Shown in pieces: positions 62,765 through 64,000 of a stretch of 64,000 bases of DNA (positions are counted from its first letter, which is position 1; every line of letters starts with the position of its first letter). A program made the translations under genes and the position numbers. The stretch is taken from contig NC_058377.1 in assembly GCF_018350175.1 (NCBI RefSeq), forward strand, positions 100,068,001 to 100,132,000, in the 5' to 3' direction. This stretch comes from Felis catus. Lineage: Eukaryota. The notes under the pieces are model-generated. The model was not told where the DNA came from and ran no database searches. It worked only from the letters and a program-made list of their open reading frames with translations.

Positions 62765-62856
62765 TTTTATTTTATTTTTTCTCCAACTTTTTGTTTAAAT
62801 TCTAGTCAGTTAACATACAGCGCAGTATTGGTTTCAGGTGTAGAATCCAGTGATTT
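62765..62856 (-). mobile_element. Extreme 3' tip of a carnivore L1
   Basis: T-rich tail then TTAAATTCTAGTCAGTTAACATACAG..TTGGTTTCAGGTGTA, similar to 28050-28100. Confidence 0.7.
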
Positions 62857-62950
62857 AAATTTATTTATTTAATCTATTTATTTAAGAAAGGGAATAAATG
62901 TCTATAAATCACCACTAGATATTTTTAGGTAAAGACTCTAATCACAAACT

Positions 62951-63078
62951 TCATTTATCACTGTTTTTCATTATTTGCCCCCAGAGTTTCTTCATGACAT
63001 TTTTCACTTCTGCACTTCTGAGGGTGTCGATTAAAGGGTTCAGCATGGGAGAGACTATCGTACAAAACACAGTCACAG
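62951..63078 (-). pseudogene. OR4C45 C-terminal fragment (last ~42 codons plus stop) within a local duplication
   Basis: Copy of 58939-59066 with 3 substitutions. Confidence 0.92.
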
Positions 63079-63082
63079 AACA

Positions 63083-63436
63083 TGGTTGAGCGTTCACTCT
63101 TGATTTGGCTCCAGCCCTTTGTTTCCTAATTCATGAAACAGGGAAATCAGGTCATGATCTCGTGGTTTGTGAGTTCAAGCCCTGCCACGGAGCCTGCCTG
63201 GGATTCTCTTTCACTCTCTTTCTCTCTCCCTTCCCCTGCTCTTGCACACACACACTCTCTCTCTCTCAAAATAAACAAAATAAAAATAACAATCATAATA
63301 AAAAGTAAAAAGTAACAGGTAAAATTAATTAAAAAATAGTTTTTCACCTCTTGAACTTTCTTCTCTCAGTGAAGTTTTTCTTTTTTAATAGATGACAACA
63401 GGATGAGTACATATTCATATCAAACATATTTACTAT
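63083..63436 (+). repeat. Duplicated copy of 56877-57192 (headless SINE plus unique flank)
   Basis: Shares the diagnostic SINE insertion and about 130 bp of unique 3' flank. Confidence 0.93.
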
Positions 63437-63824
63437 GTTTTATTTATTAGAGGAAAGTACTACTATATAAGGCACAAGCCACTCCTTTACGTACAGACTA
63501 TTGCAGATGGAGGAAAAAATAATTGCAAAGAAATTTCCTGTTTTGTGGGAATCAAAACACTCATGTGGTTACAATTATTGACCAGTGCTTAGCTGGTTCT
63601 TTGTGGACTCGTACATTTTCAGCCTGGCCTATCTATGAAGGCAAGTCCACTTTCAAATGAGTTCAAACAATGGAGGCCAAATGGTTTCAAGAAGAAAATT
63701 CCAAATATTAGAATAAAAATTTTAGTTTGTTGTCTGGTTATGTTAAAGAGATACAAAATGGGCTTGGTAACACACAGAGGCTGTGGGTCAGACAGGCTTA
63801 GATATGAATTCTGATTCAAGCAAA

Positions 63825-64000
63825 TTTTATTTTTTTTTAATTTATTTTTTGTTTTTTAATTATTTTTAATGTTTTATTTTTGAGACAGAGATAGACAGAG
63901 CGTGAGCAGGGGAGGGGCAGAGAAAGAGCGAGACACAGAATCCGAAGCAGGCTCCAGGCTCTGAGCTGTCAGTACAGAGCCCGATGTGGGGCTCGAACTC
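63825..64000 (-). mobile_element. SINEC, truncated by the window end
   Basis: T-rich tail and reverse SINE body. Confidence 0.9.

Noticed and set aside
46061-63082. Same AACA filler at two rearrangement junctions (46061, 63079)
   Set aside because: A four-base match in A/C-rich context cannot be distinguished from chance.
63078-63083. Back-splice (circRNA) origin for the permuted junction
   Set aside because: An AG precedes 59066 on the minus strand, but there is no GT donor after 56877 and a 4-nt filler is present.

Overview
Mammalian genomic DNA, almost certainly from a felid (dense Felidae-type Can-SINEs/SINEC_Fc and cat-type L1 3' ends), with four N gaps. The window is part of an OR4 olfactory receptor cluster, syntenic by my recollection to human 11p11.2. 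It holds five intact single-coding-exon OR genes: OR4S1 (+), an OR4B1-like gene (+), an Olfr140/OR4C3D-like gene (+), OR4C3 (+) and OR4C45 (-). Between them lie a near-full-length dead L1, at least 3-4 solo LTRs, more than 20 SINEs, and older L1M/L2/MIR/MLT/hAT relics. I found no new multi-gene system. The notable features are structural. (1) A 433-bp, ~99% identical, CpG-rich gene-conversion tract joins two otherwise diverged OR4C3-type paralogs. (2) A 564-bp circularly permuted local duplication (OR4C45 3' end joined to a SINE segment about 2 kb away) suggests a circular intermediate or template switching. (3) Short templated insertions sit inside SINEs. (4) An antisense L1 5'UTR abuts OR4S1 and is in frame with it. 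(5) An ancient duplicated non-coding block shows reciprocal filled and empty SINE sites. (6) Several retrotransposition oddities occur (triple TSD, short 3' transduction, nested L1s). All alignments and counts were done by eye, gene names come from recalled orthologue sequences, and repeat boundaries are approximate.
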